From positions 160,387-224,386 of the forward strand of contig DATJQY010000015.1 of NCBI GenBank assembly GCA_035505215.1: a stretch of DNA of 64,000 nucleotides. The letters run 5' to 3'. This stretch comes from Solirubrobacteraceae bacterium (lineage in GTDB: Bacteria; Actinomycetota; Thermoleophilia; Solirubrobacterales; Solirubrobacteraceae). This document shows positions 37,058 to 45,758 of this stretch, in pieces. The translations under genes and the position numbers were made by a program. The notes below the pieces were generated by a model. The model did not search any database. It had not been told where the DNA came from and saw only the letters and a list, made by a program, of their open reading frames with translations. Within the stretch, counting starts at the first letter, position 1; each line of letters starts with the position of its first letter.

Positions 37058-38385
37058 CCTCGCTCTCCGACCTCCCGCGCGCCAGCGGCGCCGGCGGCGG
37101 AGCGCCCGCCGCGGGTGAGTTCGTGCTCCTGGGCATGCCCGACGTCAACGGCTCGGTCCGCGGCAAGGCGCTCCGACCGGACGCGTTCGAGGCCGCAGTC
37201 GAGGGCGGCGCGGTGATGACCGACCTGCTCCTGGCGCTCGACCCGACGGATACTCCGATCACCGACTACGAGCGCTTCGGGATCCGCTCGGGGGCGGGCG
37301 ACCTCGTCGTCCAGCCCGATCTCGCCACCCTGCGCGAGCTCTCCTGGCTGCCGGGATGGCGCATCTGCCTGTGCACTCCGGCGTGGCCGGACGGCAGCCG
37401 CTGCGAGCTGTCCTCACGTGAGACGCTCCGGGGCGCGCTGGAGCAGATTGCCGCCCAGGGCTACGAGACGATGGCCGCCTTCGAGTACGAGGTGCGGCTG
37501 CGCGACGGCGATGACGCGCCCCTGTCCAGCGGGCTCAGCTACAGCCTGAGCGAGATCTCCCGCTTCGAGCGCTTCGTGGCCCAGCTCGTTCCGGCGCTCG
37601 AGGCGCTCGGGGTCGAGCTCTCGGCCGTCCACACCGAGGCCGGGCCGGGGCTGCTCGAGCTGAACCTCGCCGCCCGAGAGGGCCTGCGCGCCGCCGACGA
37701 TGCCGTGTTCGTCAAGCTCGCAGTCCGGGAGGTCGCCGCCTCGATGGGGCTGCACGCGAGCTTTCTGGCCAAGACCAAGCCGGGCGAGGAGGGCTCGAGC
37801 GGGCACGTCCACCTGTCGTGCTGGGCCGACGGCGTGAACGCGTTCGGCGCCGGCGAGTCCGACGAGCTGCCGGCACCGTTCAGCGCCGCGATCGCGGGCG
37901 TGCTTGAGCACCTGGGGGCCGCGTCGCTGATGCTGTGTCCGACGATCAACTCCTACAAGCGGCTCGTCCCGGGCTGGTTCGCGCCCGTGAACGTGAGCTG
38001 GGGGCTCGAGAACCGCTCCTGCGCCGTGCGGGCGATCCGGGGGGCGCGGCCCGAACGGTGGCGGATCGAGTGCCGGCGCCCCGGCGCCGACGCCAATCCG
38101 TATCTGGCCCTGGCCGCGCTGGCCGTGTCGGCGGCCGACGGGATGGCCCGTGGCGCCACGCCGCCGGCGCCGATCGAGGGTGACGCCTCGGAGCGCACCG
38201 ACCTGCCGGCGCTGCCGGGGTCGCTCGAGTCCGCGCTGATCGCCTTCGACCGCGACGAAGGCTTCCGCCGCCTGATCGGCGAGACGTTCTGCGACTACTA
38301 CCGGACCTCGCGCGCCTGGGAGCTCGCGGCCTGGCGGGAGTCGGTCAGCGACTGGGAGCGCGAGCGCTACGAACGTGCCGTCTGA
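37054..38385 (+). CDS. Glutamine synthetase-like gamma-glutamyl-amine ligase (1)
   Basis: D.NG..RGK, EYE, HTEAGPG.LE, GSSGHVH, NSYKRL, WGLENRS, ECRRPGADANPY. Confidence 0.92.
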   Translation: MTSLSDLPRASGAGGGAPAAGEFVLLGMPDVNGSVRGKALRPDAFEAAVEGGAVMTDLLLALDPTDTPITDYERFGIRSGAGDLVVQPDLATLRELSWLPGWRICLCTPAWPDGSRCELSSRETLRGALEQIAAQGYETMAAFEYEVRLRDGDDAPLSSGLSYSLSEISRFERFVAQLVPALEALGVELSAVHTEAGPGLLELNLAAREGLRAADDAVFVKLAVREVAASMGLHASFLAKTKPGEEGSSGHVHLSCWADGVNAFGAGESDELPAPFSAAIAGVLEHLGAASLMLCPTINSYKRLVPGWFAPVNVSWGLENRSCAVRAIRGARPERWRIECRRPGADANPYLALAALAVSAADGMARGATPPAPIEGDASERTDLPALPGSLESALIAFDRDEGFRRLIGETFCDYYRTSRAWELAAWRESVSDWERERYERAV

Positions 38386-39097
38386 GCCGGTGATCGGAAT
38401 CTGTGCCGTGCGCGAACAGGCGCGCTGGGCGTTCTGGGATCAGCCGGCGCACCTGGTGGCGGACTCCTACGTCGCCTCGGTGCAGCGCACCGGCGCGGTC
38501 GCCGTGCTCCTGCCGGTCGACTCCCGCGCCCCGGTCGAACTGCTCGAGCGGATCGACGCGCTCCTGCTCATCGGCGGCGCCGACATCGAGCCCGCGCTCT
38601 ACGGCGAGCCGCGGGCTCCGGAGACCGAGGCCACCTACCCGGAGCGCGACGAGTTCGAGATCGCCTTGCTCTTGGGGGCGCTGGCCCGCGAGCTTCCGGT
38701 TCTGGGCGTGTGCCGCGGCATGCAGATCCTCAACGTCGCCCTCGGCGGCACGCTTCAGCAGAGCCTCGGCGCTGAGGACGGCAACCATCCTCACCGCAAG
38801 GCGCTCGGGAGCTTCGAGGGCACCGACCACGTGGTCCAGCTCGAGCCCGGGTCGCTCGCGGCCCAGGCGGCGGGCGAGGAGCGACACGTTGCCCGCTGTC
38901 ATCACCATCAGGCCGTGGGTCGGCTCGGCGACGGGCTCGTGGTCACCGGGCGCTCGGCCGACGGGGTGATCGAGGCGATCGAGACCAGCTCGGGCGGCTG
39001 GACGCTCGGCGTCCAGTGGCACCCCGAGGCCGACGAGCGCAGCCGCCTGTTTCACGCCCTCCACGCTGCGGCGGAGCGCTATGCCCTGGTCAAGTGA
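38375..39097 (+). CDS. Gamma-glutamyl-gamma-aminobutyrate hydrolase family (PuuD/peptidase C26)
   Basis: LLLIGGADIEP.LYG, RDEFE, GVCRGMQ..NV..GGTL.Q, HHHQ, GVQWHPE. Confidence 0.92.
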   Translation: MPSEPVIGICAVREQARWAFWDQPAHLVADSYVASVQRTGAVAVLLPVDSRAPVELLERIDALLLIGGADIEPALYGEPRAPETEATYPERDEFEIALLLGALARELPVLGVCRGMQILNVALGGTLQQSLGAEDGNHPHRKALGSFEGTDHVVQLEPGSLAAQAAGEERHVARCHHHQAVGRLGDGLVVTGRSADGVIEAIETSSGGWTLGVQWHPEADERSRLFHALHAAAERYALVK

Positions 39098-39863
39098 GGT
39101 GGTGAGCGCCGTCGCGGAGGCCCAGCAGAAGGACAACCTGTGCGGGCCGTTTCACGCCGCCCGGATCCTCCGCGAGGCCGGCGGGGCGGACGATCCCCTC
39201 GACCAGGATCTGGTTGCCCTGCACGCGGGGACGGAGCTTCCCGAGCGCGAGCTCGGGCCGCAGGTGCCGCCCGGCGCGGTGAACCGCCGCGACTATCGGT
39301 TCGAGCTTCCACGGGTTGACGAGTCGCGGGCGGGCACCTCGGCCGCGGGCTTGGCGGCGGCGATCGCCGAGCTCTCGGGCGGCCGCCTGCGCTGCGTGCC
39401 GGCGAGCGGGGACTGGAGCGCGAGCGTGGTGGAGCAGATGGTCCTCCGCGGTCGCTCTTTGGACGCGCGGCTCCTGGCCAACCTCCAGACCGGCCTGCTG
39501 TGGGGGAGCCGGCCGCCCATCGAGTCACTGCTATCGGTACTGGCGGGAGACGAGCCCGGCGACGGGGCGCCGGCGGCGGAGTGGGACGTCGGGCACTTCG
39601 TCGAACTCGTCCAGGTGGTGCGCGGTCACGGCGGAGCGCTCGTGATCGTCCGGGACTCATATCCGTCGCTGGGGTGGAACGGGGTGCATCTCCAGCCCCC
39701 CGCGGCGCTGGCCGCCGCCCTGCTCCGGGGCGACGGACGGGGCGGCGGGATCCTGGCCGTGGCCGTCCCGGAGGCGGTCCCGGCGGTGGAGGAACTGATC
39801 GCCGGGCTTGGGCTGGCCAGCCAGATGTGGGATAACTGCACGGGAGGAGAGACACCGAGATGA
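39081..39863 (+). CDS. Hypothetical papain-fold (C39/phytochelatin-synthase-like) Cys-His-Asp protein
   Basis: QQKDNLCG near the N-terminus, GHFVEL and VIVRDSY downstream. Overlaps both neighbouring genes. Confidence 0.55.
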   Translation: MPWSSEVVSAVAEAQQKDNLCGPFHAARILREAGGADDPLDQDLVALHAGTELPERELGPQVPPGAVNRRDYRFELPRVDESRAGTSAAGLAAAIAELSGGRLRCVPASGDWSASVVEQMVLRGRSLDARLLANLQTGLLWGSRPPIESLLSVLAGDEPGDGAPAAEWDVGHFVELVQVVRGHGGALVIVRDSYPSLGWNGVHLQPPAALAAALLRGDGRGGGILAVAVPEAVPAVEELIAGLGLASQMWDNCTGGETPR

Positions 39864-41203
39864 CCATCGCCGAAGAGCAGTCGGCCAGCGCCGAGGAGGT
39901 CCTGTCCACCTGGCGCGAGCAGGGAATCCGCAACGTCCGCTTCGAGCTCCCGGACATGCACGGCGAGAGCCGCTCCAAGCTCGTACCGATCGAGCACGCG
40001 CCGCGCTTCGCCGCCGATGGGCTGAACATGTACGGCGGGACGGTCGTGCTCGACACTCGCTCCGACGTCGTCCCGGGGACGCTCTACAACGAGGAGATCG
40101 GGTACGCCGACCAGCGCCTGAAGCCCGATCCGAGCACCGCCGCGATCGTCCCCTGGGCCAAGGCCACAGGGCGGATGATCTGCGATGCCTTCTGGGATGA
40201 CGGCACCCCCCTGGGGGCGGCGCCCCGGCAGGTCTTCCGGCGGGTGCTGACCCGCTGCCGGGAGCTCGGCTACGAGCCGCTGATCGGCGTCGAGCCCGAG
40301 TTCTACCTGCTCGACGCGCAGACCAAGGAGCCCCTGTTTGAGGGCTACCACATCTTCAACACGGTGCGGAACACGTGGGTACCGGCGATCGAGCGGATCG
40401 TCGCCGAGACGCGCCAGTTCGGGATCGACATCATCACCGCCAACTGCGAGTACGCCGGCTCCCAATGGGAGATCGTGTTCGGCCCCTCGAGCGGCCTGGC
40501 CGGCCCCGACGCCGCCTTCAGCTTCAAGAACGCGGCCAAGGAGCTGGCTCACCAGGAGGGGCTGCTCGCCACCTTCATGTCGAAGCCGTTCGAGGACTCG
40601 GCCGGTTGCGGCGCCCACAACCACATCGGGCTGCTCCACCGCGAGGGTGGCGAGAACGCCATGTCCGACGACGCCCACGAATGGGGCCTCTCGCCCGTCG
40701 GCCGGAGCTTCATCGCCGGCCAGCTCCGCCACGCGCGCTCGATCTACACCCTGCTCGCCCCCACGATCAACTGCCTGAAGCGGCGCCGGACCCATACCTT
40801 CTCTCCCACCAACGTCTCCTGGGGGCTCGAGGACCGCAGCGCCTTCATTCGCGTCAAGGGCGGCGACGTCAAGAACAAGCACGTCGAGAACCGCGCGCCG
40901 ACGGGGCTCTCGAACCCGTACCTGGCCAGCGCCGGGCTGCTCGGCGCCGGGCTGCTCGGGATCGCCGACGAGCTAGAGCTGGAAGCGCCGGCCCAGCGCC
41001 CGGCCGAGGAGGACGAGTCCAAGCCGAAGCTGCCCACCACGGTCGAGGAGTCGCTCTCAGCCCTTGAGGCCGACGCCAAGATCGTCGACATGCTGGGCCA
41101 GGAGTTCGTCACCGCCTACGCCGCGATGCGTCGCTACGAGCTCCAGCGCTTCGCCGATCACGTCACCGACTGGGAGCGCGAGGAGTACCTCGAGCTGCAC
41201 TGA
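39860..41203 (+). CDS. Glutamine synthetase-like gamma-glutamyl-amine ligase (2)
   Basis: DMHG.SRSK, EPEFY, EYAGSQWE, SKPF...AGCGAHNH, NCLKR, WGLEDRS, ENR.P...NPY. Confidence 0.93.
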   Translation: MTIAEEQSASAEEVLSTWREQGIRNVRFELPDMHGESRSKLVPIEHAPRFAADGLNMYGGTVVLDTRSDVVPGTLYNEEIGYADQRLKPDPSTAAIVPWAKATGRMICDAFWDDGTPLGAAPRQVFRRVLTRCRELGYEPLIGVEPEFYLLDAQTKEPLFEGYHIFNTVRNTWVPAIERIVAETRQFGIDIITANCEYAGSQWEIVFGPSSGLAGPDAAFSFKNAAKELAHQEGLLATFMSKPFEDSAGCGAHNHIGLLHREGGENAMSDDAHEWGLSPVGRSFIAGQLRHARSIYTLLAPTINCLKRRRTHTFSPTNVSWGLEDRSAFIRVKGGDVKNKHVENRAPTGLSNPYLASAGLLGAGLLGIADELELEAPAQRPAEEDESKPKLPTTVEESLSALEADAKIVDMLGQEFVTAYAAMRRYELQRFADHVTDWEREEYLELH

Positions 41204-41215
41204 GCCGGGCCCCGC

Positions 41216-41986
41216 TCAGGGCTCGGTCAAGTACGCGGCGGTGATTCCGCCGTCGACCAGGAACTCGGTCCCCGTCACCCAGGCCGCGTCATCGCTGGCC
41301 AGATACAGCGCCGCCTTGGCGATGTCCTGCGGCTCGCCGAACCGGCCGGCCGGAATGTGGTTGAGCCGGTTGGCGCGCTTCTGGGCGTCCGAGATCAGAT
41401 ACTCGAACAGCGGGGTGCGGACGGGTCCGGGGCAGATCGCGTTGGCGCGGATGCCGTGGCGCGCGTACTGCACCGCGATCTCCCGCGTCATCGCGAGCAC
41501 GCCGCCCTTGCTCGTCGTGTAGGCGATCTGAGGCGCGGCGGCGCCCATCAGGGCCACGAACGAGGCGATGTTGATGAGCGACCCCGTCCCGTCGGTGTCC
41601 AGCATCAGCGGCACGGCGTGCCGGCAGGACAGGAACACCCCGGTGAGATTGACCGCGATGACCTGGTCCCAGACCTTAAGCGGGGTCTCGGTCACCCCCT
41701 CATCGCGGGGATCCATGATCCCTGCGTTGTGGACGCTGATATCGAGCCGGCCGTGGGTGCTCCGGACGGCTTCGAAGACCTCCCGCGTCGAGGCGTCCTG
41801 TGAGACGTCACCGGCGACGAACGTCGCCTCCGGGCCGATCTCCGAGACCGTGCGCTCACCGGCCGCGGCGTCGATGTCATTGACCACGACCTGGGCTCCC
41901 TCGGCGGCGAACAGGATCGCCATCTCCTTGCCGAGCCCCGAGCCGGCGCCGGTGATCAGGGCGACCTTCCCATCGAGACGAGGCAT
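41216..41986 (-). CDS. Short-chain dehydrogenase/reductase
   Basis: TGAGSGLG, NAG, S, YTTSK, ANAICPG. Resembles the SDR that accompanies actinobacterial glnA4 clusters. Confidence 0.93.
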   Translation of the reverse strand: MPRLDGKVALITGAGSGLGKEMAILFAAEGAQVVVNDIDAAAGERTVSEIGPEATFVAGDVSQDASTREVFEAVRSTHGRLDISVHNAGIMDPRDEGVTETPLKVWDQVIAVNLTGVFLSCRHAVPLMLDTDGTGSLINIASFVALMGAAAPQIAYTTSKGGVLAMTREIAVQYARHGIRANAICPGPVRTPLFEYLISDAQKRANRLNHIPAGRFGEPQDIAKAALYLASDDAAWVTGTEFLVDGGITAAYLTEP

Positions 41987-42016
41987 AGGCGGATCCTATG
42001 TGAGGGCTGATTCCCC

Positions 42017-42325
42017 CTAGGTTCGAACGAGACGGCGATCCGCGTAGGCGGCGAGCTCACGCTCGAACTCCGGCCACCACTCGGGCTCGAGGTCGGGCGG
42101 AGAGGTGGGCGGCGTCGGGCCGCCGGCGGGGCCTCGCCGTCCTCCACCCCAGTCGGAGTCAGGTGAATCGTCCCCGCGACGGCGCTCGGAGGCTGCCGCC
42201 AGCCACAGAGCCACACATGCGGCGAGGATGACCACGCCGATCACCGCGTAGGCCAGCCAGCCGGGAGAACTGACTATGTCCGAGACCCGGCGGACGCCGA
42301 TGCCGATTGCGTAGCTCATGATCAA
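42017..42325 (-). CDS. Small single-pass membrane hypothetical protein
   Basis: One TM helix, a Gly/Pro-rich linker and C-terminal WWPEFERELAAY. Start uncertain. Confidence 0.55.
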   Translation of the reverse strand: MIMSYAIGIGVRRVSDIVSSPGWLAYAVIGVVILAACVALWLAAASERRRGDDSPDSDWGGGRRGPAGGPTPPTSPPDLEPEWWPEFERELAAYADRRLVRT

Positions 42326-42682
42326 GAAACTGCAGATATCACGGGGCGGCTGAGACCGACGGGGCCCGCGTGCCTCTCTGAGCTTCCCCGCCCGTTCACG
42401 CCCGAAACGGACTTGCTAGTGGCGGGGTGGGTGGCAGCACGTCGAATGGCGGCGTTGAAGCATGCAACATGCCCGGTCACCGTCGTACATGGGGCGAACG
42501 AAGGCACAACGAAGGCGAGGCGATCGATCACTTCGTGCGCCGCGGCACCGCTGGGCATGACCCCCAGGGCGGGCCGTCGTTTCTGAATATCCGCGAATGG
42601 TGGACATGACGCACCGCGCCGAGTAGGGTCGGCTGAGCAGGCGGCCCGGGAGGGCATGCGAGGGGAGTGAGGTGGTGGCGCG

Positions 42683-44923
42683 ATGTTGACCAGTGGGATC
42701 CGTAGGCACGGGTCGTTCTCTGAGGGATCACGCCTGGCGCGAGGCCGGCTCCTGGGTTGTTTGGGGGCAAGCTTGGTGCTCGCGCTCGTGCTCGCGCCGG
42801 GCGCCGTTGCGGCCCGGGGGCACGATCACGGCTGGGGGCACCCGCGTCTCACTCTGGTCTCCGTGTCCAACCCGCGCCCGGAACTGGTCAGCGGCGGCGA
42901 AGTGCTGGTGCGAGCCGATCTCGGCAAGGGGGTCGACCCCGCCGATGTGCGGATCTCCTCGAATGGCCAGGACGTCACGTCCAGCTTCCAGCGGCAGCCC
43001 GACGGGAGCCTGCTCGGGCTGGTCACCGGCCTGGCGATCGGTCCTAACCGGCTCGTCGCTTCCGTGGGCCGACGCTTCGCCTCGTCGCTTGACGTCGTTG
43101 ACCACTCGGTCAACGGGCCGGTCTTCTCCGGCAAGCAACAGCTTCCGTTCGTCTGCCAGACGACGACCTTCGGGCTCGCGGCCTCGAGCCCGCCTGACTG
43201 CTTCGCACCGACGGTCGTCTCGTACGTGTACAAGAACACCTCCGGGGCGTTCGTGCCGCTGGCCGATCCCGCGAGCGTTCCGGCTGATGCGGCGACGGCG
43301 ACGGTGAATGGGCAGAGCGTGCCGTATGTCGTGCGGATTGAGACCGGAGTGATCGACCGGGCCGTCTACCAGATGGCGGCCCTGTACGACGGGCAGGCCC
43401 CATCCCCGCTAAAGCCCGACACGAGCTGGAACGGCAAGCTCATCTACACCTTCGGTGGCGGCTGCAACTCCGGCTACACCCAGGGCACCGCGACGGGCGG
43501 GGTGCTCGACGATCAGTTCCTCTCGCTGGGTTACGCCGTGGCGTCATCGACCCTCAACGTGCTCGACCAAGATTGCTCGACAATCATCTCGGCCGAGGCC
43601 GCGATGATGGTGAAGGAGCACTTCATCGACACCTACGGGCCGACGCAGTTCACCATCGGCTGGGGCGGCTCAGGCGGCGCGATTCAGCAGTACGAGATCG
43701 CTGATTCCTATCCCGGGATCCTGGACGGCATCGTCCCGAGCATCTCGTTCCCCGACCCGCTGACCACCGCGGGGCCGGTCACCGACTGCAGGCTGCTCGA
43801 CTCGTTCTTCGCCGGGCCGGGATCGTCGTTCACGACCGCGGAGAAGACCGCCATCGCCGGCTACAACGACTACACCACCTGCGTGTCCTGGGATGACACG
43901 TTCGCGAACCGGGCGACCGCCACCGGCAGCTGCAACCCGGCGATCATCCCACCCGCCGAGCAGTGGAGCCCGTCGAACCCGGGCGGGATCATCTGCAACT
44001 CCGACGAGCAGATCGTCAACCAGCTCGGGGTCGATCCCACCACCGGCTTCCCCAACAGCCCGCTTGACAATGTCGGCGTGCAATATGGGCTTGCCGCTCT
44101 GAACTCGGGGGCCATCACGCCGGCTCAGTTCGCCACCCTCAACGCGGACATCGGCGGGATGAACTACGCCGGCGCGCCGGTTCCGCAGCGAACCGAGGCG
44201 AGCTTGAAGGCACTGCGTGCTGTCTACGCCGACGACCTGGTCAACAGCGGGTCACTCGGGCTGCGCACGACACCCGTCATCGACCAGCGCCTCGACCTCG
44301 ATTTCCTCGGCTTCGGAAACGACATCCACACCACCGACTGGTCGTTCATCATCCGCGCCCGGATGCTCGGGGCCAACGGGACCGACGGCAACCAGGTGAT
44401 CATCGAGACCGAGCCCACGGCGGCGGAGATCGGCGCGGCCGACACCTACGAACTGGCGGAAATGGACGCCTGGCTGACCAACATCGAGAACGATCATTCG
44501 CATCGCGACGCCCAGCAGAAGGTCCTCGACGACAGGCCGTCCGGGTTGAGTGACGGCTGCTACCTGTCGGCTACCGACCTCTTGAACCAGACCCTCACCG
44601 ACCCGGGTACCGGGCAGTGCGGCACCGTCTACCCGGTGGCTTCGAACCCCCGTCTGGTGGCCGGGGAGCCACTGTCGATGCCCGCCCTGAAGTGCGGCCT
44701 GAAGCCGCTGAACTTCCGCGATTACTCGGTGAGCTTCACCGCGGCCGAACAGGCCGAACTCCGCCAGGCCTTCCCCACCGGGGTCTGCGACTACAACCGA
44801 CCGGGGGTCGGCGTTCAGCGGCCGATCGCCAGCTGGCTCAGCTACGGTGACAACCCCGATGCCGTCATCGGTCCGTTCCCGCTGCCACCGCCGCCGAGCA
44901 CCCGAGCCTGGGCGGCTAGATAG
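42683..44923 (+). CDS. Secreted tannase-like alpha/beta hydrolase (DUF6351-like)
   Basis: Signal peptide, SNPRPELVSGG, WNGKLIYTFGGGC, nucleophile-elbow GWGGSGG. Family name recalled from memory. Confidence 0.7.
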   Translation: MLTSGIRRHGSFSEGSRLARGRLLGCLGASLVLALVLAPGAVAARGHDHGWGHPRLTLVSVSNPRPELVSGGEVLVRADLGKGVDPADVRISSNGQDVTSSFQRQPDGSLLGLVTGLAIGPNRLVASVGRRFASSLDVVDHSVNGPVFSGKQQLPFVCQTTTFGLAASSPPDCFAPTVVSYVYKNTSGAFVPLADPASVPADAATATVNGQSVPYVVRIETGVIDRAVYQMAALYDGQAPSPLKPDTSWNGKLIYTFGGGCNSGYTQGTATGGVLDDQFLSLGYAVASSTLNVLDQDCSTIISAEAAMMVKEHFIDTYGPTQFTIGWGGSGGAIQQYEIADSYPGILDGIVPSISFPDPLTTAGPVTDCRLLDSFFAGPGSSFTTAEKTAIAGYNDYTTCVSWDDTFANRATATGSCNPAIIPPAEQWSPSNPGGIICNSDEQIVNQLGVDPTTGFPNSPLDNVGVQYGLAALNSGAITPAQFATLNADIGGMNYAGAPVPQRTEASLKALRAVYADDLVNSGSLGLRTTPVIDQRLDLDFLGFGNDIHTTDWSFIIRARMLGANGTDGNQVIIETEPTAAEIGAADTYELAEMDAWLTNIENDHSHRDAQQKVLDDRPSGLSDGCYLSATDLLNQTLTDPGTGQCGTVYPVASNPRLVAGEPLSMPALKCGLKPLNFRDYSVSFTAAEQAELRQAFPTGVCDYNRPGVGVQRPIASWLSYGDNPDAVIGPFPLPPPPSTRAWAAR

Positions 44924-45180
44924 ATCGGGCGTGGGCAACTTCCGCGGACGGTCGAGATGAGCGGCCGCGGCAATCGGAACGTAGACGAGCGGGTGATCCC
45001 CTACCAGTTGCGCGAACTCCGGGGGTATCGCGTGGACAGCCGGAGGAGACACCTCGATCGCGTCATCGACGCGCCCGATCCTGCGTCTGCTGACCGAGAA
45101 CGGTGATGTGCCGATATTGACGCCGGGGAACCGGGGGTTACAGGCCGACCGACGCGATCCCCCCGGTTGGCGGGGGCGAG

Positions 45181-45207
45181 AACGACAAAGGCCACCGTGC
45201 GGTGGCC
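45181..45207 (-). terminator. Intrinsic terminator downstream of tRNA-fMet
   Basis: Hairpin GGCCACCG-CA-CGGTGGCC followed by TTTGTCGTT on the minus strand. Confidence 0.6.
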
Positions 45208-45271
45208 CTTGAGGTCTCGGTCGGCCGGTGTGCCGGGCGGTTAGCCCGTCCGTACGCCTTGTCGGCCGGGA

Positions 45272-45345
<74 letters not shown>

Positions 45346-45356
45346 GTGGACGCACG

Positions 45357-45385
45357 ATTTTAGCGCTCGTGTGAAGAAGTTGGAA
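45357..45385 (-). promoter_or_regulatory. Sigma70-type promoter of tRNA-fMet
   Basis: TTCCAA-17 bp-TAAAAT on the minus strand, ending 11 nt before the tRNA 5' end. Confidence 0.65.
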
Positions 45386-45431
45386 CAACCGAGTCTTGTT
45401 TCGTAGCAGGGCCTGGCTGCACCATGCGGGC

Positions 45432-45704
45432 ATGGCCACACTGCGTGAGAAGATCGCCGCCGAACAGAGCGCCCGCGCCATGCTCGACGACCACGGGCTG
45501 CCCCAGCCCGACGAGGTCGAGTATGGCTACACCTGCATCCGGCTCCTCTGGCACGAGGAGAAGGCGTGCATGATCGTCCAGATCGACGAGCCGCCGCCGG
45601 GCTGGGTGTTCGCCGAGGACCTGCCTCCCGAGGCGCTGCCGAACAAGGTGCGCCTCGACGACAACGACGACGACGATGACGACGCCTACGACGACGCCTA
45701 CTGA
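45432..45704 (+). CDS. Small acidic hypothetical protein
   Basis: MATLREKIAAE...PDEVEYGYTCIRLLW with an Asp-rich tail. Start reassigned to ATG 45432. Confidence 0.65.
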   Translation: MATLREKIAAEQSARAMLDDHGLPQPDEVEYGYTCIRLLWHEEKACMIVQIDEPPPGWVFAEDLPPEALPNKVRLDDNDDDDDDAYDDAY

Positions 45705-45758
45705 CTCGCCGGCGCTCCATCCGTCGCCTCGACCGTCGATCGACCCTACGATCCCGCG

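Noticed and set aside
37054-41203. Calling the GS-like genes true glutamine synthetase glnA
   Set aside because: The context (PuuD-like hydrolase, aminotransferases, ALDH, SDR) and divergent N-termini indicate gamma-glutamyl-amine ligases.
44930-45120. Possible GAF-like gene remnant on the minus strand (…AIEVSPPAVHAIPPEFAQLVGDHPLVYVPIAAA…)
   Set aside because: Resemblance is too weak to support by eye, there is no clear start, and the frame continues as a shadow of the hydrolase gene.
44924-45271. Genomic island attachment at tRNA-fMet
   Set aside because: No integrase, no duplicated tRNA 3' end seen in the window, and a normal terminator follows the tRNA.
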